A stretch of DNA of 62,732 nucleotides, the filler included, from Fonticula-like sp. SCN 57-25 (lineage: Eukaryota): the NCBI GenBank assembly GCA_001724245.1. It is 6 parts of 6 records of this genome, joined end to end, with 100 filler letters (N's around TTAATTAATTAA, not from the genome) between each part and the next. Parts side by side here need not be neighbours in the genome. Positions count along the whole stretch, not along the records: positions 1 to 9,646 come from MEDX01000253.1; 5 more parts are not named here. One strand, written 5' to 3'. The notes beneath the pieces are model-generated. The model was not told the origin of the DNA and did no database searches. It saw nothing but the letters and a program-made list of their open reading frames with translations. The position numbers and the translations under genes are program-made. Shown piece by piece: positions 1-9,746 of this stretch (the first letter of the stretch is position 1; every line of letters begins with the position of its first letter).

Positions 1-1
1 C

Positions 2-1831
2 AACAATACCATCGACTGCAATTTTGCCACATTATCCAACGTGTTCATCAGCGGTGGACTCCTCTCTTCGGGAACTATCAACTCGGTTCAACCCACGATT
101 GCATTCTCGGGCAAGTCGCTGACCAACATTAACGACCTTTACGCGGCCAACATTTACGTGTCAAACTCGATCACGATCCCCTCTACGTCCACGGTTTCGG
201 CACTGGCCAATCTCACTTCCACCGCGTATTTGAGAGTGGGTAAAGTGATGGGCTACCCCGACGACACCAACACGGTCCTCGACTTTAGCAGCTTACAATT
301 GACCAACATTGCAAACATTCAAGCTGGTTTTGTCAACGTGCTCAGCGGATCGATCGGCACCGCCGCGACCTCTTTTGATTTTGCTTACAAGCACTTGAAG
401 AACATCCAAAACGTTACCGCCGACGTACTGAACGTACCCCTCATCACAAGCTCGCAAGCTTCCATCAGCGTGGACAATAAGAATTTGATCAACGTCGGAA
501 CCCTGAACGCTGCCGGAGTGGTCACGCCTATTATCACTAGTACCGGATCGCTCATCAATTTCAGCTTCAAGAATCTCGACAACATTAACAGCGTGTTTGC
601 GAGCACCGTTTCTGCGGGCTCGTTCACGTCACCGCTTGCCGATATGAGCTTCAATAACAAGGACCTCGGAAACATTGGAACCTTGACGGCGGCCAGGTTG
701 TCCACCGGTATCATCACAAACTCGTTGGCGAGCATTTCTTTCGACTCCAAGAACATTGACACGATCGGATCTGTCACATCGAACAGCTTGGTGACTTCTT
801 CGCTCAAAGTACCCAGTATCACCACGGACAACACCTTCATAAGCTTCAACTCGAAAGATATCAGCAGCATAGGAACCGTGGTAGCGTCCACAGTATCGGC
901 GACGACTATTACCTCGTCGGGTTCGACCATCGGTTTCAACTCCAAGAACGTGAACAATATCGCAGCTCTCACGGCATCTTCGATCAGTGCGTCCTCCGTC
1001 AGTACGAGTTCATCGATCACAGCACCCACGTTCGTCGCCACGACATCCCTCTCGACGTCCGTGATCACGACGTACGAATTGATGGGTACCACGACCATCG
1101 GATTCGACGCCAAAGACGTGAACAACATGGCATCGTTGACTGTTAACAACGTGATCACCACGCCCATGATCACGGCACCCACGGCGACGCTGAGCTTCGA
1201 TTCAAAGACCCTTACCACCATCGCATCGGCCACGGTGTCTTCTTTCGTCTCGTCTCCCAAATGGACCACCGCGAACACCAATCACGACTTTGACGGCAAG
1301 GGCATGACGAACGTTGGATCTGCCACTTTCAGCAACACGGTGAACACCAAATTTATAGGTGTCGCGTACGGTGGAAGCAGTTACCTAAAGTTACCCGTCA
1401 TTTTCTATAATGTGAGGGCAACCCTGGGCGCTCCTGCTGGAACGAATAATCTTGCCTCTGTCACCATACCTGCCGGATTCGTGGGAACCACCGGTGATTC
1501 TTTCGACATTAGAGTATTTGGAAACAGCAACGGTGCGACCACCACTAGAACGATAACCATCTCGGTCAACGGAGCTTCCGAGTCCTACAACTTGGTACAA
1601 GGTTCTGGTTATATGTGGAAATTCGAATTGAAGGCCCAAAGATCCTCGTCAACTAGCGTTGATATGATAGGCATGGGATCCCACGAAACTTCCATGTTGA
1701 TGATCGGAAACGTCGGCAAAAGTTGCACGTCGTTTGCAAACGCAGGATCGATAGTCATCTCCTCTACTGTGACTGGTGCGTCAGACCTGACGGTTAGAAG
1801 CATCGACATCAAGTTCAACCCAGGAACATAA
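2..1831 (+). CDS. Ser/Thr-rich ~30-aa repeat protein, fibre/adhesin-like, 5'-truncated
   Basis: The frame is open from base 2. It has about 12 repeats with core (I/L)xFxxKx(L/I)xN(I/V) and a distinct C-terminal globular segment (LASVTIPAG...GDSFDIRVFG). Confidence 0.7.
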   Translation, partial: NNTIDCNFATLSNVFISGGLLSSGTINSVQPTIAFSGKSLTNINDLYAANIYVSNSITIPSTSTVSALANLTSTAYLRVGKVMGYPDDTNTVLDFSSLQLTNIANIQAGFVNVLSGSIGTAATSFDFAYKHLKNIQNVTADVLNVPLITSSQASISVDNKNLINVGTLNAAGVVTPIITSTGSLINFSFKNLDNINSVFASTVSAGSFTSPLADMSFNNKDLGNIGTLTAARLSTGIITNSLASISFDSKNIDTIGSVTSNSLVTSSLKVPSITTDNTFISFNSKDISSIGTVVASTVSATTITSSGSTIGFNSKNVNNIAALTASSISASSVSTSSSITAPTFVATTSLSTSVITTYELMGTTTIGFDAKDVNNMASLTVNNVITTPMITAPTATLSFDSKTLTTIASATVSSFVSSPKWTTANTNHDFDGKGMTNVGSATFSNTVNTKFIGVAYGGSSYLKLPVIFYNVRATLGAPAGTNNLASVTIPAGFVGTTGDSFDIRVFGNSNGATTTRTITISVNGASESYNLVQGSGYMWKFELKAQRSSSTSVDMIGMGSHETSMLMIGNVGKSCTSFANAGSIVISSTVTGASDLTVRSIDIKFNPGT

Positions 1832-1903
1832 ACCTCTATAATTACTAAACCAAAATGTAAATAAGCGGAAAAAAAAACCTTCTATAATAAACAAACTTTA
1901 TAT

Positions 1904-2581
1904 TTATTCATCCTTTTGAGGCAAAAGCTTCTTTTTCAATGCCTCCACTAGATCCTTCAACACGTCGATCATGGTGGGAGGGAACAACGCCTTGGCTTCG
2001 CATTTATCAATGTCGTATTCTTCTGCTTTGGCGTTCTTGACGATATACTCAGCGCAGTCCATCTTGTTGGATTTGAGCGCGACGAGTATGGCAAACGAAG
2101 TCATGGGGCAACCATTCTCGTAAGCATACTTGAGGCACTCGATTCCTCCCGTGATTTCGCAGGCTCTCTTCGTCGTATCCTTGTCCCAGGGGCACCCATT
2201 CTCGTGGCAATATTTGAGACACTCCAGATTGTTGTGCGCTGCCGCAGTGGATGGGACAGATTTGTTCCAAGGGCACTTGTTTTCGTGTGCGTAACGCAGG
2301 CAGTCCACGCTTCCTTTGAACGCGGCAAGAACGGCAGTAAACTCGTCCCATTCACCCTTGTTGTCGTGGATAAATTGAAGGCACTCCACGCTTCCAGATT
2401 TGGCAGCAGAAGAAGCAGTGGCCTTGGTGAGTTTGGAACCGTTTTCGAACGCAAACTTGAGGCATTCCAAGTGACCGAAGAGTGCAGCAGACGTGCAACC
2501 TTCTTCCTCCCAATCTCTTCCGTTGAGGTCGTCGCGGCACGTGCCGCAGTATTTGTTCTCGGGGTCTTGTGGTATAGACAT
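1904..2581 (-). CDS. Ankyrin-repeat protein (225 aa)
   Basis: Repeats AAxxGxxxCLx(Y/F)xHENGCPW. ATG at 2581 (MSIPQ...). Confidence 0.85.
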   Translation of the reverse strand: MSIPQDPENKYCGTCRDDLNGRDWEEEGCTSAALFGHLECLKFAFENGSKLTKATASSAAKSGSVECLQFIHDNKGEWDEFTAVLAAFKGSVDCLRYAHENKCPWNKSVPSTAAAHNNLECLKYCHENGCPWDKDTTKRACEITGGIECLKYAYENGCPMTSFAILVALKSNKMDCAEYIVKNAKAEEYDIDKCEAKALFPPTMIDVLKDLVEALKKKLLPQKDE

Positions 2582-2759
2582 GATGAAAATATCGTGAATG
2601 AAATGAAAAAAAAATACAGGAGGTTTCCTGTTGGGAATGTCACGAATAACAGAAAACAAAAAAAAATATTTATAGGCGACGAAAACTGTTTTATTGACTT
2701 GTCATTGGTTGACTAATTACAGCGTTTGTAAAGCTCTGTATTTTTCGAATAAAGTGAGT

Positions 2760-3305
2760 TTACTTGACCTTCATACATTCTCGGTATAGGATATCAGAGC
2801 GGGTGTACAAAGTGGCAAACACCGCAAACCCTATGGCGAAAACGATTACCATTATCACGAATGGTAACTTTCGCTCAAAGTGTTTTGCCTTCATGCGCTT
2901 GATTTTATGAGCGAGTTTTTCTTCGAGGTGATCTTGTCTGCACATTTCTATCTCGATTGTGTTAGACGAAAAAGTGTCGTCCACTTTGATTGTAATGTAG
3001 AATCTATTGTCCTCTTCTTGGTAGGTGACACAGGGATCGTCGAATGTTTTGGTGTTGACGACGTAATGATTTATGATGCGAACCATATCTGACGCATCAT
3101 AGGTCGTCTTACGTTGAACTTTGGCAAGTTGGTCAAAATACGGAGAAACCCAGCTAATACCACCTCCAATGGTGAGTACTAGGACGTGAATGGTGCCATT
3201 TGCACACAGTTTGTATTTCTTGTCGAACGACTTTAATTGAAAGTCCCACGTCTTGTCACGGGAGAGTTTGTTGTCGTCGTTGACTTCGATTCGAGTGTAG
3301 CTCAT
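2760..3305 (-). CDS. Hypothetical protein with a C-terminal transmembrane helix
   Basis: 181-aa ATG ORF with hydrophobic LPFVIMVIVFAIGFAVFATLY near the C-terminus. Confidence 0.7.
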   Translation of the reverse strand: MSYTRIEVNDDNKLSRDKTWDFQLKSFDKKYKLCANGTIHVLVLTIGGGISWVSPYFDQLAKVQRKTTYDASDMVRIINHYVVNTKTFDDPCVTYQEEDNRFYITIKVDDTFSSNTIEIEMCRQDHLEEKLAHKIKRMKAKHFERKLPFVIMVIVFAIGFAVFATLYTRSDILYRECMKVK

Positions 3306-3478
3306 GGTAGTTTTTGTGTGTGTGTGAGTGTTCTGGATCTGTTGTGTTTGTCTGTTTTGAGGTTGTTACAAAATAAAAAAAAACGGTTTGGTTATATACT
3401 TTTTCTAAAAAAATAAATTCTGATAATCCGGACACGTCAAAAATAGACACACTTCGTTTGTTCTGATCAGTCGCGACA

Positions 3479-4003
3479 ATGCCACGCAAAGGACCACCAC
3501 ACCTTAAACAAATATTGTACTGGGAGAATTTCAAAATTATGCAAAAGCCAGAACGGGATGAAATAGGAGTCGTAAACGCAAGACAGCCTTTGCCGTGGTA
3601 TTTTTGGGTGCTAAAGACCGCGTTAGTTTTGGCGGTAGGGATAAATATAATATTGACAATCTCTGTACACCTTATGTTCTCTGCAATGGAAGTCGATGAC
3701 ATACACATTGCAAAATACAAGCCATACGAACCATACATAAGCGAATACGAAAAAAAGCAGAAGTGTGAATACGAATGCCCCACGGAATTTGGAACGCGAA
3801 AAGACTGCGAGAGTTGCAAAACCCCGTTCGATCCATGCCCCAGAGGAACGAAGAGAGGTTTCTTTGGGTCGTGCGAAGTGGTTTACGAAGGAATTGAACA
3901 ATACTGGTGGTACAGACCTGCAAGGTGCCCCATCGCCAAACGTATGCCGCATGTGTTAGTTGTAGCCACGATTAAAGCGTGGGAATTAATAAAACATTCG
4001 TGA
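3479..4003 (+). CDS. Cys-rich membrane protein (CPRGTKR family, copy 1)
   Basis: N-proximal transmembrane segment, then CxxxCP...CxxC...CPRGTKR...C. Confidence 0.7.
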   Translation: MPRKGPPHLKQILYWENFKIMQKPERDEIGVVNARQPLPWYFWVLKTALVLAVGINIILTISVHLMFSAMEVDDIHIAKYKPYEPYISEYEKKQKCEYECPTEFGTRKDCESCKTPFDPCPRGTKRGFFGSCEVVYEGIEQYWWYRPARCPIAKRMPHVLVVATIKAWELIKHS

Positions 4004-4126
4004 GGGAACTGCGTATTGCCTCGATTTCTTTTTCAACTCTAATTTGGTTCGCTTTTTTTTAAGATATTTAGTTTGTAAGTCTTTTACTGTTGGTATCAAT
4101 CCGATTTTGATACAAAAGAAAAACCA

Positions 4127-4786
4127 ATGGCCGAAAACAATGGCAATCTAGGAAAACCGGGTGATTATATCTATGAGGACGGTGCATTCCCCGACGATTC
4201 AGACGGTGGATTACCCGGCGATTCGGACGATGTAAAATCTCTCAGAATGTATTTCGAAAGGGAAATGAATGCCCTGAGACGTGCTCTCAACGAAGAACGA
4301 AAATTTCGAGAACAGAAAGAAAAGCCCGAAGCCCCCTTAGACCTAGACGTAATTTTTCCGGGCATGACGCAACAAGAAAATGATATCAGCAGACTCAAGG
4401 ACCTAAAAATGGACAGACCTACGCCGGAAAACATGTACAAGCACATACGAAAAACAATGAACGAAAAACAGAGAAAGGGAAACGAATGGTGGCCATTGGC
4501 GGCAATGTGGGAGATCTTCTTCACGGACGAACAAGTGACGGATGCATTCGTTAGAGCATCAAAATCGAGGGATGAGTATTATGCCTTGGCAGCCAAAAAT
4601 GCCAAGGACTACTTGGAAGCAAGAGGAGTAGAAGTACGAGATGCACAAAGGGCGTTTATAATATTCAATCACAACACGCACACCTACGTGGCGCACAGAT
4701 TCTCCTACGATACTATAGTAACGATGAACGCTCCTCCCAAGCCCCTTAAAGTTCAAGCTCCTCAAAAGAGAGGTTGGTTTAGTTGA
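4127..4786 (+). CDS. Hypothetical protein
   Basis: 219-aa ATG ORF after an A-rich leader. Acidic N-terminus, short coiled coil, ends KRGWFS. Confidence 0.75.
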   Translation: MAENNGNLGKPGDYIYEDGAFPDDSDGGLPGDSDDVKSLRMYFEREMNALRRALNEERKFREQKEKPEAPLDLDVIFPGMTQQENDISRLKDLKMDRPTPENMYKHIRKTMNEKQRKGNEWWPLAAMWEIFFTDEQVTDAFVRASKSRDEYYALAAKNAKDYLEARGVEVRDAQRAFIIFNHNTHTYVAHRFSYDTIVTMNAPPKPLKVQAPQKRGWFS

Positions 4787-4830
4787 AACATTTATTGTGT
4801 AACGTGTTTTTTTTTAAAAAAAACCCTCGA

Positions 4831-5712
4831 TCATTTCCAAGTGTATTCGTAGACCTTCTTGTTGCCTTCGTACAAGGTGTAATGTGCAAAACCATCCCAA
4901 TCCTTCTTGATGCGATTGTAATCGCTTTGAGTTTTTTCTCGCGCCACTAAGCAAGCCTGCTCGTAGTTTCCGATGACCGTGACGCTACCGCTCGCGACCT
5001 GTTCGACGTGCATGCCGACGAATTCGGCCTTGTAGCGCACGTCGACCTGTCTGGTTCCGCGTTCCTTGGTGATAATGTCTTGAATCTCGGGGTAAACGAT
5101 CGCACGAATGGCCGCGGTAGACGTGACAGGGCACCCGGCTTTCAATGCGACGATCGCACAATCCAATCTCCCGTAAGACACGGCCTTTTCGAAGGTCACG
5201 TGAGTGACGGGGCAGCCGTTGGTGGCTGCGACGATCATGCATTCCGTCATGCCGTGCTTCGCGGCAACGTCGCACACTTTGGATCTGAACTTGCTCTTGT
5301 CGTCCATCTCGGACAATATGTACTGCAAAATTTCGGGCTTGTCGTGCAACACTGCGTGTTTCAAGAACATCTCGTCATTGGCGGGCATGTATTCCAATAG
5401 GAGTTTGACGCACTCCAAATGTCCAAATCGTATGGCATACAAGCAACAGGACACCCCCTTGGGTTTGAATCCCGCTTCCAGTAACACTTTGATAGTGTGC
5501 GACTCGCCGCATCTAGCCATGGCATCGAACCACTCTATTCCCGTTTTATTGGTGAACGATACGCGGGCCTCTAGGTCCTCGACGTCCAATTCGCCCGTCT
5601 CGAAGCAAGACACCATGGAAATGATAGCTTTGTGCGCGAGCTCGAGTTGAGTCTGCCACAGGGATTTCTTCTTGGTGGTTTCGATCGCTTCGATGTATTG
5701 CTCTCGGTTCAT
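4831..5712 (-). CDS. Ankyrin-repeat protein (293 aa)
   Basis: AIRFGHLECVKLLL, AAKHGMTECM...NGCP and AVSYGRLDC...AGCP repeats. Likely ATG at 5712 (MNREQ). Confidence 0.8.
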   Translation of the reverse strand: MNREQYIEAIETTKKKSLWQTQLELAHKAIISMVSCFETGELDVEDLEARVSFTNKTGIEWFDAMARCGESHTIKVLLEAGFKPKGVSCCLYAIRFGHLECVKLLLEYMPANDEMFLKHAVLHDKPEILQYILSEMDDKSKFRSKVCDVAAKHGMTECMIVAATNGCPVTHVTFEKAVSYGRLDCAIVALKAGCPVTSTAAIRAIVYPEIQDIITKERGTRQVDVRYKAEFVGMHVEQVASGSVTVIGNYEQACLVAREKTQSDYNRIKKDWDGFAHYTLYEGNKKVYEYTWK

Positions 5713-5904
5713 GTTTATGACTTTGTTCGTGTGCTCGTGTGCTTTTGCGTTCGTCGAGTTTTGAAACAAAAACAGGGTTTTTAGTTTGCTTTTTATGCCA
5801 AATTTTGGCAAATTTTGATATTCCGAACATATTGACGCGGCAGGTCGCGGTGAAAAATAAAATTTGTGCGAAATTAACTTTGTGTTAATTTTTAATACAG
5901 AACG

Positions 5905-6444
5905 ATGAAGCACACACAAGAGACGGACTTTGAAGAGATACGCGAAATAGTGCACCGTACCAACCGCGAAGCCCTTACCTTTACAAAGTACGTTCGTTTG
6001 TACTTTGTTCTCGTATTGGTCTTCGCGTTGTTCGCTTGTATCGTAGTCCCGATGGGGTGTTTGTACAGGCAATTGGCTTGTGGACCCACGGAATCAGAGG
6101 AAGCTCACTTCGAAGAGCTGGAGAAAAAGTTCGAAATACAACGCAAAATAGAGGAAGACACGAAACCTGAAATGGAAGCCCGTCAAAAGGAAGAGTGTGG
6201 TATGGCTTGTCCCCCTGGGTCCACGGTGATGCCAGGGTGCTCGTGTTTAGTGCATTCGAAATGCAACACAAAGTGCCCGCGAGGAACGAAACGCACGGGT
6301 GTTTGTGAGTGCGGAGATATTGCAGTTGCAACGTGTCAGTTTTTACCCTGTTTAATGCGCCAATTTTCGAATCACGAGTTTTATGCAAATATCTTTGTAA
6401 TGCCACTCCTTACGGTGTTAGTGTCGTGGTTGAATAGTTTCTAA
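5905..6444 (+). CDS. Cys-rich membrane protein (CPRGTKR family, copy 2)
   Basis: N-proximal transmembrane segment, charged linker, CxxxCP...CxC...CPRGTKR...C and a hydrophobic C-terminus. Confidence 0.75.
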   Translation: MKHTQETDFEEIREIVHRTNREALTFTKYVRLYFVLVLVFALFACIVVPMGCLYRQLACGPTESEEAHFEELEKKFEIQRKIEEDTKPEMEARQKEECGMACPPGSTVMPGCSCLVHSKCNTKCPRGTKRTGVCECGDIAVATCQFLPCLMRQFSNHEFYANIFVMPLLTVLVSWLNSF

Positions 6445-6606
6445 AATATAATAAAGGTTCTGGCCATTTTCGTTGGCCAAGAAAAATCATTTTCTGACAT
6501 TCCAAAATCACGTGGCGCGTGGTCGGTTTTTTTTTGAACAGCACAATTTTTTTGGGTCTTGGGCGCATTTTTATTTATGCGGTTTTACGCATTTCTAGAA
6601 CAACAG

Positions 6607-7356
6607 ATGACCACAAGGCTCTCTTATCCCAGGCTCGACGACGAACAAATATTTAGGGTATGCCAAGAAATTGTCGAGAACGAGAGCCCCGCGTTCTTTC
6701 CAAAATTAAATTTGGAGAGCGGTATAAAATCAGAACGCAGGCAATTAATACTTGTCGGCTCTCAAGGCGTCAAGTTATTTTTGGAGAATTCAAAGAGAGA
6801 CGACGAATACATTAATTCCATAAAGAACCCAAAGAACACGAGAAAGGAATTCCTGTTGAGAAAATTGGGTCTGTTTCAACACACCAACAACACGGGTGGA
6901 TCCACGGACCTGGCCTTGCCTCTGGGACTCAAGACGGCGAAGCACAACGCCGATAAATTCTTTGCCATATGCTTCGTTATGAACGATAACAATTCCCATT
7001 GGAGCTTGCTAACTTACTTTTTTGACGACAATTTATGGAGAAACTACGACTCTATCGGCGTAGCCGAAGACCCCAGGTACCGATACAACGACGATCTATG
7101 CGAGCATTTCATGTCGCGCATGTTCAGAGAAGGGGTGATTGCTTGCGATTTTGAAAAGAGCGAATTGTTAGTGTTGATCAACGTTCAATCCAATTTCCCA
7201 CACCAAAGCGCCAATTGGGAGTGCGGTTACTACACCATACTGTTCTTCAATTTCCTGTTCGTCAAACAGAGGAGGATCATGGTAGAAGATCACGAATTGT
7301 TCGACATTGAAAGGGTCAAACTCGTGGCAAAATACCTCAAACAAAAGCCCACTTAA
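6607..7356 (+). CDS. Ulp1/SENP-family (peptidase C48) cysteine protease
   Basis: Motifs occur in catalytic order: NDNNSHWSLL (His), YDS (Asp), PHQSANWECG (oxyanion Gln and Cys). The start may instead be 6577. Confidence 0.85.
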   Translation: MTTRLSYPRLDDEQIFRVCQEIVENESPAFFPKLNLESGIKSERRQLILVGSQGVKLFLENSKRDDEYINSIKNPKNTRKEFLLRKLGLFQHTNNTGGSTDLALPLGLKTAKHNADKFFAICFVMNDNNSHWSLLTYFFDDNLWRNYDSIGVAEDPRYRYNDDLCEHFMSRMFREGVIACDFEKSELLVLINVQSNFPHQSANWECGYYTILFFNFLFVKQRRIMVEDHELFDIERVKLVAKYLKQKPT

Positions 7357-7393
7357 ATACTTGTAAAATTGTTTTTATAAAAGCTCACATTCG

Positions 7394-9646
7394 TTACAAT
7401 TGCATAGCGTCTTCTCCCTTTGTTTTGGGCTTCTTTTGTTTCACTTCGGGTACTTCGGTGTAAAGACCGGTTTCGACGGCCATGTCCACGATCCTGAGCG
7501 CGTTGGTGACAATCTTATTGACGTTGAGAGTGACCTTGTCGAACAGGTGGTACTTTGAGAGGTCGCCCCAGACTGTTCTGACGATGGTATGCAAGCCAAA
7601 CATGCCCACGTCCTTCTTTCCCAACGAATAAGTGATGGACTTGACCTTGGCAACGGAATCACCGCTGGTTCCCTTGGACTTGCCGGCCTCTTGATCGACC
7701 TCCATGGCCTCCGGTGCGTCCTCCGTCTTCTTCTTTGCGGCAGTCTTGGCCTTTGTTTGCGTGTACTCGACGCTCGTTTGATAGGCAGAGTATTTTTGTT
7801 CTAGGGTAGTGTTTTGCAAACAAACGATCATGAATCGGTACAATTCGACTGTGGTGGTGAGCTTGAGACCCATGACTGTTTCCATCAACGCCTCCGTGGT
7901 GAATCTGGAGTGGTTGAGGTATTTGCCGCGCACTTCACGCTTGTTCGCGTTGGCGGTGTGGTCGGCCAGTTTCATGATTCTACCCTTGGTGACGCCAATG
8001 TAGTCGAGCAGCGTCTCGGGGTTAAAGTGTCTCATATCAAACTCGTAATCGGCATAAGTGTGTTTGCCTTCGCCGAATTGGGTCGCGATCGATTCCTCGA
8101 GCTGTTGGAAGATGGCCTTGAAATCCAATTGCTGTACGTTTCCAGTTTCGTCGGTGTTGGAGAAGGTGATCATCTCATCGAAGAGCTGAATGACCAATTT
8201 GGGGTTCCAAGTGTCGAGGATAATGTTGAGCAAAGAAACCGAGCTCGAAGTGAGCAATCCCAACGTCTCCTCCAATTCTTGTGCAGTCTTGCTCTTTGCT
8301 GCCTTGTCGAGTGCCTCCAAGTCGAAGCGAATGTCCGATACTGCTTTGAGGACGTTGTGAACGGACCAATCGTAAGCCGAGACGCGCGACAGTTCGCTTC
8401 CATCAAAGTGAGGGTCTACGAAGCCGTCGTTTGCTGGTACGTAAAAGTAATTATCGAACATGGTCTTGTCAAACTCTGCCGATAGCTTCCTGTCGAAGAT
8501 CTTTCTGTACGATTGGAGAGGAGTAGCTTTGTAGTTCTTTCTACCCACACCTGTGGTAGACCAAGTGGCCTCTCCGTCGATCCAGAGCTTGACCACGTTC
8601 GTGGGGTTGTAATTGTAGTTCCACAATCCCACCTTGTAGCTCGCCACCAGTTTTGATCGCTTGGGTTCCAACACGATGCTCGAGAAGGAAGTGGCAGCTC
8701 CCTTGGCTTGAATCTTGGGCACCAACAGGTCCAAATCGATAAACTTTTCGACCTTTTCGCTCTCTGACTCGTCTTCTTCCTCCAAGTCTTCGCGCATGTA
8801 CTCGGACTCTCTGTCGTAAGTAATCTCTCTGTAGTCGGGAAGAATGGTGTAGTAACCGTAGAACACTTCACCGTCGAACGCGATTCGATCGTTGAGAACG
8901 GAATCGATCTTGGTTATAATATCGATGCGAGAATTCTCGGGCGTGTTGCTGTCGTTGGTCAATCTGTTCTTCTTGGTCAACGTAAACGTGCGTTGGAGTC
9001 CCGGAAACTCTCTCAACACGCGAAGGTCGAAGAGGCTGTCGCGAGGGTGAGACTTTGCACCGTTGTTCAACTTGGCAATGTTGTAAGAAGCGAACAACAG
9101 TTGCAAACTGTTAAAGTATCCTCTAGTGTCCACGAGGAAACCCACGTCGAACCAAAGCGTTCTAATCTTGGCGGGTAGGTACTTTGAAGTGGATCGCTTC
9201 TTGTTGTCGGTACTGCCCTTGATTTCTTCGTCTTCGGAGAGGAGGGACTCGCGAGTGTGATCTCCCGTGTGCTTGTGCATCAGACTCGGCAATACCAGGT
9301 CGAGTTGGGTGTCGTACACGGGGTGACCGCATACCACCGACTTTGTGAAGATAAACTCGTATTTGGAGTACTTTGTCTGGGATTGAGTCGAGGACAGGAT
9401 CTTGGACAATTTGATGCGCTCTTTCAAGAGGGAAGCAAGTGCCTTGTCCACTTCGTTAATCTTGGAGGCCAATCGAGGAGAGTGTTGGAATGCCAAGACC
9501 ATCAGGTTGTAAACGCTCGGGTATTGATCCAGTAGAGCTCTGACCGAGAAGGAGTACCCCATAATGTTGATGGCATCGTCGATGGAGAGTGCGTTGTTGG
9601 CATCTGGCACGGAGTTCATGACGCGCAAGTATTCAATGTAACCGTT
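7394..9646 (-). CDS. Large hypothetical protein (about 750 aa visible), 5'-truncated by the gap
   Basis: The frame stays open to the contig end, is intronless and has no domain I recognise. Confidence 0.8.
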   Translation of the reverse strand, partial: NGYIEYLRVMNSVPDANNALSIDDAINIMGYSFSVRALLDQYPSVYNLMVLAFQHSPRLASKINEVDKALASLLKERIKLSKILSSTQSQTKYSKYEFIFTKSVVCGHPVYDTQLDLVLPSLMHKHTGDHTRESLLSEDEEIKGSTDNKKRSTSKYLPAKIRTLWFDVGFLVDTRGYFNSLQLLFASYNIAKLNNGAKSHPRDSLFDLRVLREFPGLQRTFTLTKKNRLTNDSNTPENSRIDIITKIDSVLNDRIAFDGEVFYGYYTILPDYREITYDRESEYMREDLEEEDESESEKVEKFIDLDLLVPKIQAKGAATSFSSIVLEPKRSKLVASYKVGLWNYNYNPTNVVKLWIDGEATWSTTGVGRKNYKATPLQSYRKIFDRKLSAEFDKTMFDNYFYVPANDGFVDPHFDGSELSRVSAYDWSVHNVLKAVSDIRFDLEALDKAAKSKTAQELEETLGLLTSSSVSLLNIILDTWNPKLVIQLFDEMITFSNTDETGNVQQLDFKAIFQQLEESIATQFGEGKHTYADYEFDMRHFNPETLLDYIGVTKGRIMKLADHTANANKREVRGKYLNHSRFTTEALMETVMGLKLTTTVELYRFMIVCLQNTTLEQKYSAYQTSVEYTQTKAKTAAKKKTEDAPEAMEVDQEAGKSKGTSGDSVAKVKSITYSLGKKDVGMFGLHTIVRTVWGDLSKYHLFDKVTLNVNKIVTNALRIVDMAVETGLYTEVPEVKQKKPKTKGEDAMQL

Positions 9647-9746
9647 NNNNNNNNNNNNNNNNNNNNNNNNNNNNNNNNNNNNNNNNNNNNTTAATTAATT
9701 AANNNNNNNNNNNNNNNNNNNNNNNNNNNNNNNNNNNNNNNNNNNN
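9647..9746. other. Artificial contig linker
   Basis: N44-TTAATTAATTAA-N44, with stop codons in all six frames. Confidence 0.99.

Larger units (their letters stand above)
1..9646. mobile_element. Giant-virus (NCLDV)-like contig, either a co-assembled virus or an endogenous viral element
   Basis: Nine closely packed intronless ORFs with A/T-rich spacers and lower GC than the other contigs. Content includes ankyrin repeats of the CLKYAHENGCPW type, a Ulp1-like protease, a fibre-like repeat protein and orphans. No hallmark gene (major capsid protein, PolB, packaging ATPase) is in the window. Confidence 0.65.

Noticed and set aside
4787-4830. T9A8 palindrome between convergent virus-like genes (also 7361-7380) as a mimivirus-type terminator hairpin
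   Set aside because: These short homopolymer stems are expected by chance in AT-rich spacers. I also saw no AAAATTGA early promoter.
9691-9702. TTAATTAATTAA palindrome recurring five times
   Set aside because: It is a synthetic all-frame stop linker inside the N runs, not biological sequence.
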